NCBI RefSeq assembly: GCF_018350175.1
Contig: NC_058368.1
Span: 133,860,001-133,924,000 of the forward strand
Reading direction: 5' to 3'
Source of the DNA: Felis catus
Lineage: Eukaryota
Length of the DNA stretch: 64,000 nt
The translations under genes and the position numbers were made by a program. Positions 38,051-52,723 of the stretch are shown here, piece by piece. Numbering within the stretch: position 1 is the stretch's first letter; the number at the start of each line of letters is the position of its first letter. Below the pieces are notes generated by a model. That model had not been told where the DNA came from and made no database searches. It saw only the letters and a program-made list of their open reading frames with translations.

Positions 38051-39744
38051 GACTAAATTTGAAACGCATGACATCTCCCACTTTGCTTTACTTTCGGACT
38101 TTGCTGCACATCAGTCTGTTTTACTCCTCAAAAGATGGGGTCATTTACCTAAGAGAGCCGTGAGACCCATGTGTGTGGGTTGATGGCCACCCCTCTCTCC
38201 TTGTAGCCTTTTTTCTAACACATGCACTCTTGTTCCCACGTACAGATCTGCTCGCACGGATTCACGTATTGCCTCTCAGACTTAAGCATAATTTTATACG
38301 CATCAGACATTCACACTCCCGAGAGGACTGATTCATTCTGCTCTAGATCCCATCAGCTTCTGATTCCATTTCTCCCCACCCTCTCACTACTCAGTTCTGC
38401 ATGGGTGGAATGAGTAAAGCTTGGCTCACAGAGGACAGTTGCCTCACCCCCTTGGGTTTTCTTGCTTTAAAAGCAGGTCGGTGTAGGAAAAGAGACCCAG
38501 AAGCAGCCTTTTCAAAGAAAGCGAGGAAATGTGGGGCTGAATTAGTTCAGTCCAGTGTTAGAATTTGGCTGGTTTACACCTGTGCTTAGCGACGTTAGAT
38601 GTCTGTCAGCTGGCTGCTGTTTGTCTCTTTCAGTCTCTGTCTCTCCTCTCCACTGACTCAAGTAGATCTGGAATATGAACTTACAGGAAAGGAGGAAAGG
38701 TATATGAGAGACAACAGTTATTACTAAACAAAGAGATTTATAGATTTCAGCATTAAGAGTAATAGTCCTAAAGCAGTATGGTATTATAAAAACTGAATAA
38801 GAGAAGCAGAAATCCAGCTACAGCAAATTCTAATTAAGAAGCCTAGGTGACTTTTGCAACTTGATCAAGATATGTGTGTCCTGAGGCAGTGATGTCTCAA
38901 GCTACCTATAGGATTAATTTCAGTTGATTTAGGTAAATTCCCCTAGGGATTAACTGATTGTTTTAAGTACATCATAGCAAGGGAAAGCAAAAAGATCAAG
39001 TTTTACAAATTGCAAATCTGAGAATAAAGATATGAGTCCTTTTTCACATCAGACCACTGAGAAACCTGGTCTGGATGCTGGTCAAATTAGACCTGAGGGA
39101 TCTTGCTACTTTGTTCTTTCATTAAGTCTTAGACAGTTCTGTTCTTCCTTCTCCACTTCCTACTGTTCATAAACATATTGCTGAGCAGTTGTTTATGGAA
39201 GAAATGGTGATGGTTGATTAAAAATCTAATGTCAGCTATGTGACAGTCTAAAGTGAAGTTCATAGTATCATGTCTGAGGACCCTCAGCACTATAGCTACT
39301 CAATAGTAAATACTCGAAGAAGAAAGGGAAAATAAGGTGTCTTCCACTTGACTGTCAGTCATAGGCAAGTGCTTATCTAAACGTACTATTTGTTTCAACA
39401 TTTCAAATTCTAATTTTCATTTTAAAAAGTAAATTCTGTTTCAAAAATTCCTCGTCATGACAATATGTGTTCACCATTGCTTGTCTTCTATTTTTAAGGA
39501 AACCAGGTTATTTTCTGTGCTCCCTTATATCTGATTCAGTATCTGTCTGTCCTCCTTCCAGCTTTTCTCTACGAGAAGCTCAAGGTTTGGGGAGGGCGAG
39601 GAGGAGCTTGATTTTATCCAATCAGTATTGGGAAAAGAAAAATACTGTAAAAGCCTTTAGTCTGACCTAAAAGAATGAGTCGTTGGTTAGTTAATTTAGA
39701 AGTCAGTCAGAGTAGGAAATCATTTTAAAAAGATGCTTACTGTA

Positions 39745-39950
39745 GGGGAACCTGGCTGGCTCAGTTGGTTAGGCGTCCGACTTCAGCTTAGGTCATGATC
39801 TCATGGTTCATGAGTTTGAGTCCCACATCGGGCTCTGTGCTGACAAGAGCCTGGAGCCTGCTTCAGATTCTGTGTCTCCTTCTCTCTCTACCCCTCCTCC
39901 AGTCATGCCTGTCTCTCTCTGTCTCAAAAATAAATAAACACTAAAAAATT
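39745..39950 (+). mobile_element. Can-SINE
   Basis: Typical body; degenerate TSD aaaaagatgc...ctgta. Confidence 0.92.
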
Positions 39951-40014
39951 AAAAAGATGCACTCTGTAAACATTTTAATTTAATGTAATCTGAATATGTG
40001 TAAATTAACTAGTC

Positions 40015-40407
40015 TTTTTTTTTTTTAATTTTAGAGTGTGTGTACACAAGTGGGAGGGGCAGGAGAGAGAATCTCTCTTTTTTTAAAAATGTTTACTTAG
40101 TTTTGAGAGAGAGAGAGAGTGCGTAGCAGGGCAGAGGGAGAGGGAGACACAGAATCCAAAGCAGGACCCAGGTTCCAAGCTATCAGCAGAGTTCAAACTC
40201 AGGAACTGTGAGATCATGACCTGAGCCAAAGTTGGACACTTAATCCATTGAGCCCCAAGAGAGAGAGACAGAGAGAGAGAGAGAGAATCTTAAGCTCTAC
40301 ACTCAATGTGGAGCCCAACACAGGGCTCAATCCCATGACCCGGGGAGCATGACCTGAGCTAAAATCCAGAGTTGAACACTCAACCAACTGAGCCACCCAG
40401 ACATGCC
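40015..40407 (-). mobile_element. Two nested Can-SINEs (inner about 40076-40256)
   Basis: Two T-tails and two heads; gagagagaatct repeated on both sides of the inner copy. Confidence 0.82.
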
Positions 40408-42334
40408 TACTAGTCTTTTGATATAAGGCCTTTTTAAGATAGCCTATATAAGCCACACTTGTAATACATCATTTTTGTTTTCCACTTTTCACTGCTTTTA
40501 AAGGTAACGTAAGAACTTGAAGCAATCTGAATGTAGGAATCTAGATTTGTATTATTTTGTCAACTTTAGAAAACCTTCTCAGCCGTACTAAAATAGGAAT
40601 TTTATTTGGTAACTCACGTTTAACACATTTATCAGTACTTTCCAAAGCATCCCACGTGTGTGTGTGTGTTTTTTTTTAATGAACAACAAAGCTTTTCCTT
40701 TTCACTCTCATGTTTCATCAGTTTAAATATTTGTTGAAATTAGTTAATCCTGATATGAGGCCTCACCAGAAAAACAGGTGTGGAGATAAACCCAGCTGAT
40801 GGGAGCCCCAGCATTTGGCGTCCTGAAGAAGACCCATGGCCCCTGTGGAAGGTGTTAGCTGCCCAGCTCCCTTGTCCGTTTGTTATACAGTGGGAATAAC
40901 AGCACTAGATTGTTGCTTGGGTTGGTTACCTAAGGTGTGGATAAAAGAGATTTTCTGTATATGGTGAAGGAAGGAAGAGAAGACCAAAGAAATAATGAGG
41001 GGGGGGGGGGGGAAGAAGTAAAGAAAAAAAAAATTGAACAGAGACAAAATGATGTGTGATTTTGCAAGTGAAGGAGAAAGATGGATACAATAAGACAAAG
41101 ATACACGTACACATACTTGACAGAAAAGCGATTTGCTAGTTGCACACTTGAGCGAAATGCGTGAATACCAGTTAAACTGAGATTGAATATACTAAGATTT
41201 ACAGAAGTGGATTACCCTGACATCTTGGTTCAGCAGGGAGTTAGGGTGTTCTAGTTGCCCTTACATTCTCTTTTTAGCAACAATGAAAATAGTGGGATAG
41301 GCATCTCAGAATAATCCCTCATTTTAGGAGGCAAACGTTGGAATACTTTACTGTGAATGATTGCTGTTTGGGTAAATCATTACTTATTTGAGCATTTCCT
41401 AACAGTTCAAATCTATTCTCCCACAATAATGACAAGTGAGGAGTAACTTAAGAGAAAATGAGCTGATCAAAGACATTTTCCTTGTTGCTCATCATTTCCA
41501 GGTGAGGTTTTAAGCCTCCTCCTCTCTTTTTACTTGTTTGTTCCACATCAAGGTTCAGGGAGTCCATTGTCTTTCCCCAGCCAGAATTGGTTCTCTAGAG
41601 TGTTTGAGTGAGTCTTGCAGCAGAAATTCGGTGCAACGTCATTTTACAGTAAAGTTGGCTGTCACCTTGGCCATGGGTTGGATGGAAAGGAAATGCAGTG
41701 TATTATTGGTCCCCTTTTATGTTGGGAGAGGAATTTTCTGTTAAAACAGGCATAGGTGTAAATCATGCTGAGGTCTCTTCATTGTAGGACAGCCTCTTTA
41801 TGACCTAGTACACACTTATCATTTATCTGGAAATGTCATGGGGAGTAAATTACCTTCAAACTGGAAGCCACCTACGCTAAGAAGCTTTGGTCCTTTTTTC
41901 AGATATCATTGGTATCATATAGAAAATTATTGTTTTAGTCATATAGTCAATGACATATATCTAACGCCAAAAAAGATGTAGGTCATGGTATGTGTGTACT
42001 TTTGTTAATTCTTTTCCTGTTCTGACTTAAATACTGAATTTTGTTTGTAGAAAAACTGAAAACATCAGCTACCTATTGGGAAATAGCTCACTCTGGAAAC
42101 TGTCCATTTCCATCCTTGCCATGAAGACGAATTTGGTGCCTTATGTACAGCCGATTACCTTTATTGAAAGATTAAGAAATAAATAAACCTAGCTGTAAGC
42201 TTTTGCCTTGGAATGGAATGTATGTAGCTGCTAGGATAGCTTGTGTGAGCTGAATTCCAACTTCCTTGTGAATGTAAAAAAATGTTGACGATCACGTGGT
42301 TTCCTGTACCCAGAAGCATCCTCACCTCCCGTGA

Positions 42335-42697
<363 letters not shown>

Positions 42698-43424
42698 TGA
42701 GATGGCTGTCTTCCCAGTCGTTATCTTCTGATAATTGCTTGTAAAATGCCTGCTCTACTATAACAAAGGGAAAATTAGTGCTTTTTGGAAAACGGTGGTT
42801 TTGCTTTTTTAATAGCTTTTAATCCTAACTACCTCCTCTCAATTGGTCATTACAGTTAGGATATAGGTGATGGAATTTTTCCTACCTACTTTCATTACAT
42901 AACATAAAATCATTCGTGACACTGAGTTTCTTAAAGAATGAATTAAAAATGCATTCTTTGTGGTCTACGGTATGAAATTAAAAATGAGTTTAGGGGAAAA
43001 GGAGATACAAGTCAAGAAAATCTAGCGCTCCTTTTTTTGACATTTATGGTTTACTTTTTAAATGTTCTTCTTTCCATCAGTTTTACATTCAATTTCTGCA
43101 TGTTTGGCCATGACTTATTGAGATAAACAAAGTTAATAAAAGGCAGAGATGAGGAAAGGCCAAAACAATCTTTAAAAGCATCTAATTTAAGCTCTTGTAA
43201 TTGTTTGAGCAGAATCCCAAAACTATAAAATTCTAAGAAACATTAAATATCATCTAGTTCGACCTTTTCATTTTGCGGATGAGTGAACTGAAACCCAAGA
43301 GGTGGGAGACTTACTAGATACTTTACTAGTAGACACAAGACAAAAGCGTAGCGTGCCTGATTTCCACCTGTTTCCCCCACCCCCACACACACCAGCACTT
43401 GGCCTTACTAACCTTCGTTGTGGT

Positions 43425-43650
43425 TATGATAACTAACATTTATCACACATTTAATAAGTGTTGGTAATGTTCTCAATTTGTTGCATATATCACCTCGTGT
43501 AATCTACTTAATAATCTTACAAGGGATGACAGTCTTACTGTCATGATGTTAGAGAAGGGTGCCAGGACTAGCTTCCCTAAGATCTCTCCACCCGTAACGG
43601 AGCCAGGATTTGAACTCCAGGAGCCTAATTCCAGAACCCATGCTTTATAC
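43425..43650 (-). mobile_element. MIR
   Basis: aactaacatttat...ggagccaggatttgaactccagg...ccagaacccatgctt. Confidence 0.7.
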
Positions 43651-43734
43651 TGGTGTATCTTGTTCTTCAAATTTCATTTCCACTTTGAAGCCAGATCTGC
43701 TCTTAGGAGAACTGCTGCCTTAAAAAATATATAT

Positions 43735-43770
43735 ATGTTTATGTTTATGCTTATGTTTATGTTTATGTTT
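43735..43770. repeat. (ATGTTT)n hexanucleotide repeat
   Basis: About six units, one variant. Confidence 0.85.
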
Positions 43771-43917
43771 TTTATCCACACCACATCTTAGTTAAAAATG
43801 GGAATACTCTGCACAGTCCCCACTTAGGAACTTGGTATACTGTGTCTGTGGGTAGATGCTATTTTATAATCTGCATTGATGGTCATCTTCAATCCCAGCT
43901 GATACTATACCTGCTAA

Positions 43918-44088
<171 letters not shown>

Positions 44089-44740
44089 TGAGGAAACAGA
44101 TCTTTTTTTTCACACCATGCAGAAAGTTTTCTTATGTCTATAAAAATGTTTTCTTTTAATGCTGCTTTGCGCATTTTAAAATTGTCCTGTAATGTTCCCA
44201 TATGACTTATTTTGGCAGTATATATGGTAATGTTTATATAGTACTTTAAAGGTTCTGGGGCTTATAATAATAGCTTCTAAGGAACAAAAGAAAAAGATGA
44301 TGATAAATCCAGGGTTAATTAAATTTTTAAAAGTTTGTTTTTTATTATGTTAAGTTTTGAATCATAGAATGCTACTAGTTGCTTTCTGGATGGTTTTTGC
44401 ATTTGGTATTATATACTTAGATAACCCTTCCCTACTCCAAGATGATATATTTGATATTATATACTATCTCACCATTTAATGTAAAAGTTTTAAACCTATG
44501 TGACGTTCATTTTAGTGTCTGCTTTGAGATACACATAGACTTTTTCCCCCAAATGACTATTATTCATCTTGACACCATTTATTAAATTTTTTATGCTTTC
44601 TCCACTAATTTCAGACAGCTCTATAAGCATTACGTGTAATATGTAAAGATTCTAAGTGTGCTGAGAACTATATAAAATTAACTCATGCTCATTCCGGAAA
44701 ATTTGGAAGTACAGAAAAAGATTTTTAAAAATTCATTCAT

Positions 44741-44964
44741 GGAGCGCCTGGGTGGCTCAGTAGGTTAAGCGTCTGACTCTTGGTCTTGGCCCAGATCATG
44801 ATCTCACGGTTCATGGGTTCAAGCCCCACGTTGGACTTTGTGCTGACAGTGCAGAGCCTGCTTGGAATTCTCTCTCCCTCTCTCTCTGCCCCTATCCCAT
44901 TTGTGTTCACACTCTCTCTGTCTCTCTCAAGACAAATAAAAACAATTTTTTTAATAAAATAAAA
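44741..44964 (+). mobile_element. Can-SINE
   Basis: TSD tttaaaaattcattcatg (44724-44741, 44965-44982). Confidence 0.93.
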
Positions 44965-45611
44965 TTTAAAAATTCATTCATGACATTACCAAAGACAACG
45001 ATTAGAACTTTGGAATATTTCTTTCCAGTAGATATTCTTTCTCTTTATACTTCCTCTATTTCTTTAATTTTTTAAATTAATTAAAATTTTGGTTTTTCCC
45101 CTTAAAATGAATTTTTTTTAATTTAAATTCATAAAGCTGTCAAATGTGAATCCTTTGCATACATAAGAAATTTACATTTTGTGCTTAATAAGTAGAAATT
45201 TAAATTCGAGCCGTAAGTTGAAATCTTAAACAATAGTACGTTTTTCTGTCCAAGTTCTTTATCTAATGTCTCACTTAAACCTTGGACAGATTGACGTGGG
45301 ATTATTGGTAATCAATCCTTTATTGTTTTATTATGCTGAAAATAGATGTCAGAGTCCCACACTAGAATTTTTCTAAGAGTTCAGACCTATAAATGAAACT
45401 GTATGTGGCCGCTCCCAACAAAGATTAGCTGGACCCAGTGTCTGGCCCTCCCTTGTGAATTACACTCATGAGCCAGATACCCCTGTGTAATATGTTCTTG
45501 TGATTTCATCTCTTCCCGGGCTGGGTTCTATATTGAGATTGATACCTCTACACTAAATAGACTTAGCAATTGATAGGGGAAGGAGAAAGCTAAAAAAAGA
45601 AAAGAACTTAA

Positions 45612-45797
<186 letters not shown>

Positions 45798-46638
45798 TAG
45801 AGGGAAATACAAAGTACGATATTGCCAGCGACATTCTGAATCAACTTGTATAAGCCAGCTTCACATTAGTGCTGGGCGTCTAGATGTCTGTATAAGCCTT
45901 ACGTTTAATAAAGTGCAAATTGCCTCCATTTTTCTCCCTGGGCCTCTCTGAACTGTCCGTTCCTCCGCATTCCTCCCCCAGCATTATGGTCTATTAGCAA
46001 GACGAACGATGTAATTGCGCACAAGTGAGAATGTGAGAGAGACAAATGGAAAACTGTTTTTGTAAGGAATTCAGGAGTCTCAGTAGAGTACTCATGAAAC
46101 TCATGATGCATTGTACAATCCCGGGTGCTAAAATCCCAGCCATGGCCCATTTCCCTTTAAGCATGCCTCATTACCATGTGCCCACAATCTGTTCATTGTA
46201 AAGTTACTTAAGGTAAACACATCTCAACTGTCAGGCTTTGATAAAGTAACCAGGATGTGAATATATTTTGGTCATACAAATACTAAAACTATCTCTGGTG
46301 GCAATAGATGAAGAATGCATCATTCTTTTAAGCGTTAAAAATGTTTTTAATATTGTGGAATAAGTAGAACCACCAAACAGGGTCAGACCCTCAATTTGAA
46401 ATTGCACGTTATGCATAGTTTAACATTAAAGCGGCATTTAAATTTCCTTTTTTTGCTGTTTAAATATTTCATTGCCTTTGGGGTTATGGATACTGACTTA
46501 ATAATTGCTGTTCTTAAGTTCTCTGCCCATGTGGTTGAGCAGGTGCACTCTGGGCAACCTAATTGGTGTTTAGCCATCGTGTTCATTTTGATTCATGTCT
46601 AATATTCCAATTATTCTAATATTGCAATCATCTTTTAG

Positions 46639-46935
<297 letters not shown>

Positions 46936-48467
46936 TAGCCCATAACTGACTGACAAATCTCAGGAGATCAATTTGTGTTGAAAATTGATCTGAGGAAGTT
47001 TCGTTAACATGGAATCTGGCACGGCGCTGGCGGTGTAACCGATTTTTATGGTGTGCTTTTTCTGCAAAAGAAATTCACGTGGGATTTGCAAATTATTTCC
47101 TTGCCGTCCAGTCTTCCTTTCCATCATAGGAACGTGGCACCAGGGAAGAAAAGGTTAATGTGGGTCACATTTACATAAATGGGGGGAAAATAGCTAATGG
47201 CACAGTGAAGAAATTAACAAAAATGTAATAAACCCTAAAACAAATGTCTACCACATAATAAATAATGAGGATGGGAAGGAAGCAAATTTAATTCACAGAC
47301 TGTTAATGATTTCATTGGTGGTTGTTATGGTGTAATGTTATTTCTGTAACAGCTGTTCATCTTTCATTTAAAATTCAATAACCTTTAGATCTTAACCTGC
47401 ACGCTGACCCTCGCTATTGTTACGCGGCTTGTGGCAAAACTAAATGATAATTAAATAGGCCCTATTAGTACCCTACCTGCTGTTTTTATAAATTTCCCCG
47501 AAGCATATCAAAAAGGCCTCTCCTCCTCAGAGTTTTACCAGTCATCACCGACACCTCCATCACCCACTCGGATACCGTCTGGACTGTGCTACAGGGCCCA
47601 ACAGTGGAAAGAGAGGGAAAATGCGAGTCGGTACAAGGAGTCCCTTAATCACAGCGTTATTCTCTATCGTTGACTTTGCAAGCCAGGCATATTTGTAAAC
47701 TTTAACAAAGTAGATTTGTGTGTTGCCTGCAGTGTATAACCCTTTTCTACAATATCTGAGCTGTTTATGGATTTATAACTAGGCTGTTTGCTGATATACC
47801 AAGGCCTGAATGGCAGGAGGAATCAACTGTTTAATTAACACAAGCAGCAAATGCTGGCTTTGTTCTCGATGCCTTACGGCTCAGATGCATATTCATGTTT
47901 TATTTTCCAAATCAGATTTAAACTGCAGCAGAGGAAGCTGGAGGCAGGCACACACAGAAATAACTCATGTTTTTATTGCATTTCCATACACACAAGCACA
48001 CACACCTTATCTTCAGGCAAACTCCTGTGGAATGTAGAACATGTTCTCATATTTATGGCAGATTTTGAATACTTCCATTACTATGATTACTTTGGATTTC
48101 TTTGTCTTCAAGCTTAACACTTTGGCCTTTCATTTGTCTCTAGACATAGTTATTTTTGCAAAATTAACTCGTGCTTCTCAAAGCTGAAGAACTCTATGGC
48201 TGTGGCCAAATTCTCATTTAAAGGACGGTAGGAGAGAAAAATCTTACTGTCTTGATTCCCTGTACAAGCAATCACCTGAAACAGAGGTTATAGAGTTTCC
48301 CTCATATTAAGTCCTCTTAGTGACTAGAAGGAACAATTTGTGGTGAGCCAGTTCTGCCGCACAGAAAAAAAGATACAAAGAATCAAAAAAGGAAATGGAA
48401 GGTGCTGCTTGTTGAAATATTCTCTCCCTGCCTTGTTGACAGCTGTAGTGCTTTATATCTCATGAAA

Positions 48468-48620
48468 TAGTACTTCTCAAACTTGCTTATGCCCAACTGA
48501 CATCCCTGCCAAAATGCAGATTCTGATTCAGTCTGGGATGGGGCCTGAAATTCTGTCTTTCTCACAGACTCCCAGGCCACATCCAGGCTGTAGGTACCCG
48601 GACTGCCATTTGAACAATGA
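48468..48620. mobile_element. MER5-type DNA transposon fossil
   Basis: aaaatgcagattctgattcagtctgggatggggcctgaaattctg core typical of MER5A/B. Confidence 0.75.
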
Positions 48621-48648
48621 CATTGTAAGCTCTGTGTCTCCTTTCTAG

Positions 48649-48750
48649 ATGAGATCAACTGGCCGGAAAAGGATGAGGCACCACCCCCCGATGCCCAGGA
48701 TCTGATTACCTTGCTTCTTAGGCAGAATCCCCTGGAGAGACTGGGAACAG
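48649..48750 (+). CDS. MAST4: MAST4 exon 14 ([34 protein letters not shown])
   Basis: ctttctag acceptor, CAG|gttaga donor; 102 nt, phase 1 to 1. Confidence 0.96.
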
Positions 48751-49844
48751 GTTAGAGCACATATGTTTTAATTTTGCTAATATGCAAGAAATAATGTCTT
48801 TGTGGAACATTAAGAGGTTCTTGTTTGTGTTTTGTTTTTGTTTTTTTTTGTTTTTTTTTTTTTTTTTTTTGTTTTTTTTTTGCCTAGGAAACATCTGTTG
48901 GTTGATGTAGGACATGACTACAACACATTATAACAATCATATTTTGGGTTTTTTTTTTTTTTCTGGTTCAGAGCAATATGTATGCTAGGAAGGTTGGTGG
49001 TTATGTGTCTTTGATTTTTTTTTTCTCGTTGTTTTTTGGTTTTGGGGTTTTTTTGCAAAGCAAAAGTTATTTGTTTCAATAAATAAAATTGTCTGGAAGA
49101 AAACCTCAAAGGCACATGTAACTCTTCTGTCCTGAAAAGCATGCATCTTAAATAATTTAAAATAGATGATTCGAGATGTACAGCTTTTTTTGTAACACAT
49201 ATATTCCTAGAAGGATTTGACCCAGCACGTTCCGTCTATAGGCTTTAAAATGGGTTATCAGTCCTTGAACTAATTAGTTTCTGGAAATGAGTGTCAGAGG
49301 TTTGAACCATGCTGTCTCATCATAGTGATCATACCATAGCCCAAGAAAGAGGATTAAAACTATTGGCTTTCAAGATTAAGGAGATAATAGATTTGTTTCT
49401 TGCCGATTATTTTTTCCCAGCTGTTCCCCATACAAGTTATGTTTCTGCCACTCATTTTCCTTTTCTAATATTCTGAATGGACAGTGATCCCAGTATAGAG
49501 TCCCAACCTGCCCTAGTATGTAAATTTATCTAGATGGGACTAAATATTAAATATAAGTACAAAACACAGTAGACCATTCCCATAATTTTCACCTGTGAAA
49601 ATTTTTGTCTTGATGGGTTTTTTACTCTGAACTGTTTCATTCTACCTCATTGTAATAGAAATATCAGCAAATACTGAAGAAATCATTCTCTCCCTCAATT
49701 TTCCCAAGGCAAAAATAATTTGCAGCAGCTCCAAATACGTATCTTCTATTATTCCCCATTTTTGCCCACAGCTTCCCCAGTTGGAGGGCTCCATTCTTGC
49801 TTAAATATGCTTTGCTACTAGAGTTTATGGTAATGCATTGAAGC

Positions 49845-50020
49845 CCGTGGGCCATATTTTTGTTTTGGAAATAAAGTTTGATTGAAACACAGCATTGCCA
49901 TTCACGTGCATTGTTTATGGCTACCTTCATGGTAGAGTACCAGAGTTGACTCATCAAACCTGCCCACAAAGCCTAAAGTATTTACTATTCGGCTTTTTGC
50001 AGAAACATCTCTCATGGTCT
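49845..50020. mobile_element. MER58-like hAT-Charlie fossil
   Basis: aataaagtttgattgaaacacagc...cccacaaagcctaaagtatttactat motifs. Confidence 0.7.
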
Positions 50021-50149
50021 GCATTAGAGAATCAAACAAGATTCAAACTGCAGGCTCACTTGGGAAGACTTCTTTGAGTTGAGCCTCTTACCGGAGGACC
50101 ATGTGCATTTTTGCGTTTTGCAGTAGATGAGTGGGCCTTCGAGTAGGAA

Positions 50150-50320
50150 AGACAATGCAAACGGAAGTTAAGGGCACAAACTCCACGGTCAGATTGTGTG
50201 CATTTAAATCTCTGCTGTGTGACTGTGGGCAGGATGTTTCCCTTCCTGTGCCTCATTTCCCCGTCTGTAAAATGGAGCTTAGAGAAGTACCCGCCTTTTC
50301 ATGAGGATAAAAGATCATCC
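50150..50320 (+). mobile_element. MIR
   Basis: gctgtgtgactgtgggcagg...tgtgcctcatttccccgtctgtaaaatgg. Confidence 0.7.
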
Positions 50321-52139
50321 ACCGTGGCTCTTAAAACCAGGTGTGACACTGCTGGCCCTGGTATTACCATTTTAATGTTCTGCCCGTATAATCTCACACT
50401 TTCCCCCTTTGGACATACAAGATACAGAAATGGTGGTGGTGCCCCTGTCTTTGAGCTGATTGAACTCTTTGAACAGAGTACTTTATATTTCTTCCCTCCC
50501 CCCTGTTTCATTTTCCTTTGTCTGGAGTAACTAGCAAACTCGTTGCTCCCTGCCCTCTGTGACCTGCAGTCACATTTGCTTTCTGGCTCCAGGGATGTGA
50601 GTAGGTGTCAAAGAATGGGTGTCAAGGCCCCGTGCAGGGCAGCATTCTGAGGCGTGATTTCCGCTCGAGCCAAATAGGAGAAGCGGTGGCATTTTCAGAC
50701 AGCCTGCAACACGGCAAATATCTGTTTACTTGTGCTCGTCACCTGTCCCGGGGAAGCGTTGGCCTGACATATGTCTAAAGATGATGTTAGAATTGGCACA
50801 TCCCTTCCAAAGAGCCCACTTATCTTCTGTGTTCTTGGGTCGGCTTGGAGAGTGTCCTCACAGAGTCTTCTGCCTGCTGCCCTCCTCTGAGAATACTTGG
50901 GAACTTGACTGGGCTGGATTTGACAAAACAGGGTTATGGTGATGGTCCACGCATCCATGTTTATATGTGATACGCTGTGCGTTACCTCTCTGCTCGTTTT
51001 TCTCCCTGCTACTGCTACTTGGGTTCTTTTCGGGGTTTGACAATTTGAGAAGCGAATCTCCTAGCAGAAGCTCAAAAGAGACATTTAAAAGGCCCTGACC
51101 CAGCTCTTGGTATTGTTGAGAAGTACGTGCCAAACAGACAGGTCCCATGTGACAGATCCCGTAGGGTCCAGAGAACGAGGCTGAGAATCCCGCAGGCCTG
51201 CCATGCTGCTTCCAATGACAGCATTTTGGATTTAATGCATATTTATCGGGCAAAATAATGCACCGTGAAAATGTGCGAATTCACATTTGCCCGAGAGACT
51301 AGAGAGGCTGAGAAAAAGAGTGTGAAGAACATAATGGATGTTTAAGAAACTTCCATGAAAGGGGAGAGAACCTCAAGGGAGAACATTAGGGCAAGGGATA
51401 ACTTGCAGTTGGGAAACTTGTCCTCCAACTAGACTTTTGAACTCGTGAAGTACTGAACGGCAGCCTGGTTTGTCAGACTTTACAGCTGCTCAGATGCGAC
51501 GACTTCCACCCGTGTACCAGCTGGGAGGTCTTGAGTGGTTTCTTCTTCACTTGGGTCACAATTTCCTAATCTAGGAAGATGGGCATGCTATGTACCTCAC
51601 GAGATTATGGCGAGGACTGAAATTCAGTATGTTCATGAAGACACCAAGTACATTAACGTAATATGTAACAGGAGCTCCAGATACGATCAGTGTTCTTTCT
51701 TTCCCTTTCCCCATCCAAGCATGGAATTGATGCAATGCCTGCTTTGTGGGGTTGCTTTCAGTGATTTAATTGAAGAGAACTGGATGCTTCTAGCGTCTCG
51801 GGCAGTACTTGTCCAAGTCAGCCCTCCTCTGCCCGCTGCCACTCCTGTTGCTGTTGTGGTCAACATCAGACTCCACTGTGTGCCAGAAACACAGAGAATG
51901 CCTATGTAGCATCCTGGATAAAGATTCCAATCAAATGCTTAGTAAAGAAGAATCTGTTCTTCCTTTTTGGGGGTGACTTTCCCACTTTGCTCTTGCCCTG
52001 GCTGGGTTTGGGGCTCCAGTCTGCACCCTGTGCTGCAGTAACCTGACCGGCAGAGCGACGTCTCTGGGCCACACAGACAGGTCCCCCACCCCAACACTCA
52101 GGCCCTTTTCTCCTTCAGTTTGCATTTCTCATCCTGGTG

Positions 52140-52170
<31 letters not shown>

Positions 52171-52347
52171 GGTACCACACTGAGGACAGAGTGGGAAGCA
52201 TGGTGACAACTTCACAAGAAAGGCATTTACGTTACACCTACAGGGCATCTCCTGGCAGGGAGGTGATGAGAGCCTGTGGTAGCCTTTTGAGAAATACTCC
52301 TTCGTGGTATTTTTTGGGGACTGATTCTTCCTTTCCTCCCTCCTCGA

Positions 52348-52350
<3 letters not shown>

Positions 52351-52394
<44 letters not shown>
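52351..52394. repeat. (TG)22 microsatellite
   Basis: Read directly. Confidence 0.95.
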
Positions 52395-52395
<1 letters not shown>

Positions 52396-52523
52396 AAGGG
52401 CAGAGGCCTGATTCTCACACTTTGATTGTCTAACCTGTGTACCTGTTTCCCTTTACCTGGGGCATGATGTATTTTGATGGGGCCTGCCCTTTCAAACCCT
52501 CAATAAAATCATGAACTAAATTA

Positions 52524-52723
52524 GGGGCGCCTGGGTGGCTCATTCGGTTAAGCGTCTGACTCTTGACTTTGGCTCAGGTTATGATCTCATGGTTCATGAG
52601 TCTGAGCCCCATGTCAAGTTCCGCACTGAGAGTACAGAGCCTGCTTGGGATTCTCTCTCTGCTCCTCCCCCACTCGTGCACGCACTCACTCTCTCGCAAA
52701 ACAAATGAATAAACATTAAAAAA
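52524..52723 (+). mobile_element. Can-SINE
   Basis: 20-bp TSD aataaaatcatgaactaaat (52502-52521, 52724-52743). Confidence 0.93.
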
